From the NCBI GenBank assembly GCA_964510585.1, contig CAZECW010000072.1:29166-61165 (forward strand): a DNA stretch of 32,000 nt. Direction: 5' to 3'. Source of the DNA: an uncultured archaeon (lineage in GTDB: Archaea; Asgardarchaeota; Jordiarchaeia; Jordiarchaeales; Jordiarchaeaceae). Below, in pieces: positions 28,836-32,000 of the stretch; the first letter of the stretch is position 1; each line of letters begins with the position of its first letter. The notes under the pieces were generated by a model. The model did no database searches. It was not told where the DNA came from and saw only the letters and a program-made list of their open reading frames with translations. The position numbers and the translations under genes are program-made.

Positions 28836-29960
28836 ATGGTTGAAGCCGATATTTATGAGAAGCTGAGAAAAATTATGAATGCTGGCACAGCGATTAAACT
28901 TCCAAAGCACAAGGCAACGGGTGAGATGCTCAGAGCTATTTTTAGTGAAGAGGAAGCTCGACTACTTACTGTTTTTGAGAAATCACAGCAACCTTTAAGC
29001 TCCGAAAAAATAGCCCAACTATCAGGGGTTCCAGAAGAAAAGGTGAAAAAAATTTTTGACGACATGGCTTACAAGGGCAAAGTGATTAAGGCAGGCAACT
29101 TTTATGTGCTGATGCCCTTTGTTCCCGGACTTTTTGAAGTATACTTCACCCATAACCGGGACGATCCCGAAAGGATGAGGAAGGCCGCAAAAGCTTACCG
29201 CGAATTATTCTATGCCGGGCACCCCTTCGAGCTAAGTGCAGGTGGCTACCCTCTCTACCGTGTGATTCCCTCTGTGGAGCCCACCGAAAAAATAATAGAA
29301 ATAAACAAACCAATTGAGGTGCAGCACCAGGTTTTGCCCTACGAAGTTTTAAGAGAATACCTCTCAAAAGCTAACCTGTTCGCGGTGGTTCCCTGCAGTT
29401 GTAGAAACGCAGCTAAACTAGCAGGAGAACCCTGTAAACGCACAGATGAAAACTTCTGTGTAACAACAGATTTTCTTGCAAAAAGCGTTTTAGACCAGGG
29501 AGTAGGACGCCAAGTCACCCTTGATGAACTGATGGAAATAATGAAGAAAGCTGAAGAAGCGGGACTAGTACACGAAACCATAAATATTCAGGACACTTCA
29601 GTGTTCATCTGCAACTGCTGTCCTTGCTGCTGTGGCTTTCTAAAATCTGTGAAGGAATTCCACAACTACAATGCAATAACAAAGTCTAATTTTGCTCCAC
29701 GGTGGAATGGTGACTTGTGCCAAAGGTGCGAAAAATGCATGGAAATATGTCCTATGGGAGCAATATTTCACCATTGGCCTCACTCAGAAGACGAATCTGA
29801 CGACATTATTATGATAAGGGAAGATCTCTGCATAGGTTGTGGGGTCTGCGCTTCTAACTGTCCGAATGAGGCTATCACTCTTGTGAAAGTTAGAAATGTT
29901 GTGCCCGTTAAAAGCCAAGCCGAGATGGAGGAAAAGTTTAGAGTGGCGAGGGCTCACTAG
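28836..29960 (+). CDS. 4Fe-4S ferredoxin-domain protein with N-terminal wHTH-like region
   Basis: CSCR, ICNCCPCCC, CQRCEKCMEICP and CIGCGVCASNCP motifs. The ORF opens at 28734; ATG at 28836 follows GGTGGTG. Confidence 0.88.
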   Translation: MVEADIYEKLRKIMNAGTAIKLPKHKATGEMLRAIFSEEEARLLTVFEKSQQPLSSEKIAQLSGVPEEKVKKIFDDMAYKGKVIKAGNFYVLMPFVPGLFEVYFTHNRDDPERMRKAAKAYRELFYAGHPFELSAGGYPLYRVIPSVEPTEKIIEINKPIEVQHQVLPYEVLREYLSKANLFAVVPCSCRNAAKLAGEPCKRTDENFCVTTDFLAKSVLDQGVGRQVTLDELMEIMKKAEEAGLVHETINIQDTSVFICNCCPCCCGFLKSVKEFHNYNAITKSNFAPRWNGDLCQRCEKCMEICPMGAIFHHWPHSEDESDDIIMIREDLCIGCGVCASNCPNEAITLVKVRNVVPVKSQAEMEEKFRVARAH

Positions 29961-29962
29961 TT

Positions 29963-29997
29963 CCCACCTTTTTTTGGTTGGGTGGGCTTCTTTTTTT
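29963..29997 (+). terminator. Hairpin plus T-tract downstream of the 4Fe-4S gene
   Basis: CCCACC/GGTGGG stem followed by T7 at 29991-29997. Confidence 0.4.
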
Positions 29998-30345
29998 GGA
30001 TGTTTTTTGAATCTTGTTGTCTGCTGTTGTATGGACCTTTTTATATAGTTTTAAATTAAATTTTTTTGATAATTTTTTTATGGAAGGACAAAATTTTTAA
30101 GGAGTTAAATAATTCTTTTAATAGACCATTTAATGAGGTTTAGATACTCGAATGTTGGGTTTAGTAGATCGACAACATCGTTTAAAAATTGCACTTTATA
30201 TGTGCAAAAAAAAGGTAAATGAACCAGACTCTTACTCTGGCGGTAAAGCGGCCAAGAAAGAGAAACGATTCAGGTTTAATACCCTTTAAACGTATTTTAA
30301 ATGATACGTTGAACACTACTTTTAACAAACCTTATATTAGGTCAA

Positions 30346-31299
30346 GTGAGGGTGAGAATAATGAAGAAGTTAGTTTCTGAAACATCACTAGAATCCTGCG
30401 CGGCCCAAAACATTGCCAAATCCAGAGAAGCATCTTCCCCCCATCGCACTACAACAAAGAGTAAAAGTGATGTTTGCGGTTTGACTGAAGAAGTCTTGGC
30501 GGAGGAGGAACTTACACTCTATAACTTGCCCAAGTACTATGATATCGCCTTCTCGCGTGACGTTTCAGGTGAAATAAATTTTTACATAAGCTGCTTCAAA
30601 AAGTACTGCAATTTTGAAGTGAAAAGAATTTTAGAACCCGCATGCGGAAGCGGAGTCTTCCTATTAACCTTCCCCAAATATGGCTACTATATAACTGGGT
30701 ATGATCTCAGTCCCAAAATGGTTGAGTATGCCAATGAGAAAATAGAGAAAGCAGGTTTATCCGACAGGGCAAAGGCAATAGTAGGCGACATGTTAACAAT
30801 GAGATTCAATGAAAAGTTTGACGCGGCAATAATTGCCATTAACAGTCTCGGATACCTGCACACAGATCAAGAAATAGTAAGTCACTTCAAAGCTGTTTCT
30901 GAATCCCTCGTTAAGGGTGGACTCTACATTGTGGAAATCTCGTGTGCCTGCCAGAACTTAGAAGGGGAGAAAAAACCGGACGAAACTTGGTTTGTCGAGA
31001 TGAATGGAATAAAAATTGAAGCCACATGGAATCCCTACCACTACGACACAAAAAATAAATTGCGGTGCGTCAAGTTCAGGATGAGAGGCCAAGATAACGG
31101 CAGTGCATTTGAATTCGAGGAGGAACATAAGCTTAGACTTTGGTATTACGAGGATTTCAAAAGATTAGCCCAAGAGGGTGGATTCAAAATAGTTGCAATT
31201 TATAACCAGGAGTACCAGCCAATTCCTATTGACAGTTATATTACAGGTGAACTGGGCGCTCTATACTACGTGCTAGTAAACAAGGGCAACACCCGATAA
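30346..31299 (+). CDS. Class I SAM-dependent methyltransferase
   Basis: ILEPACGSG, GYDLSPKMV and GGLYIVE motifs; the true start may be about 50 codons downstream. Confidence 0.88.
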   Translation: MRVRIMKKLVSETSLESCAAQNIAKSREASSPHRTTTKSKSDVCGLTEEVLAEEELTLYNLPKYYDIAFSRDVSGEINFYISCFKKYCNFEVKRILEPACGSGVFLLTFPKYGYYITGYDLSPKMVEYANEKIEKAGLSDRAKAIVGDMLTMRFNEKFDAAIIAINSLGYLHTDQEIVSHFKAVSESLVKGGLYIVEISCACQNLEGEKKPDETWFVEMNGIKIEATWNPYHYDTKNKLRCVKFRMRGQDNGSAFEFEEEHKLRLWYYEDFKRLAQEGGFKIVAIYNQEYQPIPIDSYITGELGALYYVLVNKGNTR

Positions 31300-31505
31300 T
31301 CAAGAGTTGGTGTCCAACCATATTCATAAAAGAAGCTTGAAAGGCTGCTTGATCGCCCAAACAAGGATTGGCTGAGAATAAGTTTAGCCCACTCAGCAGG
31401 AAAGCAGTCCTAATTCTGCTAGTTACAAGTCGGCTATATTCATTTTAACTTTATCCCTTGACGAATATTTTTTGAGGAAAATTAATTTGTTTTGGGAGCT
31501 TGTAC

Positions 31506-31864
31506 TCAAGGTTTCAAAATTTTTTCAAGGCCCTGCTTGAGCCCCATCTGTTCTTGGTGTGTTTTGCCCTTTAAAAGTTTAGCTAAAGCATGTTCGAGTT
31601 CGTCTGGTTCCCATCTTCCATCCTTTTCTACAGTTGATTCAATTTCCCAAGTCTTATACAAATCGATTTTTCCGCCGATAATTCGGAACACTTTTCCAGT
31701 TATATGCCTCCCCTTATCACTTGCCAAAAAGGCGACCAGAGGTGACGCATTACTGGGGTCTAAGGGGTCAAAGTTTGGTTTCGCTGGAATTAGTTTCATA
31801 AATTCTGCTACCGGTGGGCTGGAGAGTGCAAGTTCCGTCCTTGCCAGTGGACTTATGCAGTTAC
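31506..31864 (-). pseudogene. C-terminal part of an SDR oxidoreductase gene interrupted by element copy 3
   Basis: The frame extends upstream of the annotated ATG as NCISPLARTELALSSPPVAEF, then MKLIP...PSNASPLVAFLASDKGRHITGKVF (SDR C-terminus), and breaks at the TTAC junction. Confidence 0.8.
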
Positions 31865-32000
31865 AAAACCTTGGCGAGAAAGCCCCCGACTTTAGTCGTG
31901 GGGATGAATCGCCAGAAAGTTTATTTGAAAGTATGGTATATAAATAGTTGTTGGTAGCTGAAGGGTTTGGCTTGGGCTTAAGAGGCTAAACAAGACGCAG
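31865..32000 (+). mobile_element. Non-autonomous IS200/IS605 derivative, copy 3 (truncated by window end)
   Basis: TTAC at 31861-31864; one difference from copy 2 over the 136 visible bp. Confidence 0.88.

Overview
An archaeal chromosomal window, probably TACK or Asgard given Elf1, Alba, archease and archaeal Lhr/DUF2070 genes; the lineage cannot be fixed from sequence alone. It is mostly housekeeping genes: pyrB, lhr, a phosphoesterase, a PhoU-type regulator, a lone A/V-ATPase B gene, Clp1 kinase, two 2-oxoacid:ferredoxin oxidoreductase gene sets, Alba, archease, a nitrilase, nadE and Elf1. Five signals are not explained by the ORF track. (1) A 33-nt stop-containing insertion splits the conserved YPI/TPQ motif of an oxidoreductase alpha gene and folds into a textbook bulge-helix-bulge, so it is a candidate spliced mRNA intron. 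(2) A tRNA-Ser(UGA) carries three non-canonical BHB introns. (3) Three copies of a 275-bp protein-free IS200/IS605 derivative have TTAC/TCAA ends, a TATA-like box and a TnpB omegaRNA-like scaffold; one disrupts an SDR gene. (4) An abrupt A/C-to-G/T strand-composition flip lies inside atpB. (5) A 61-nt 16S rRNA fragment lies just downstream of atpB.
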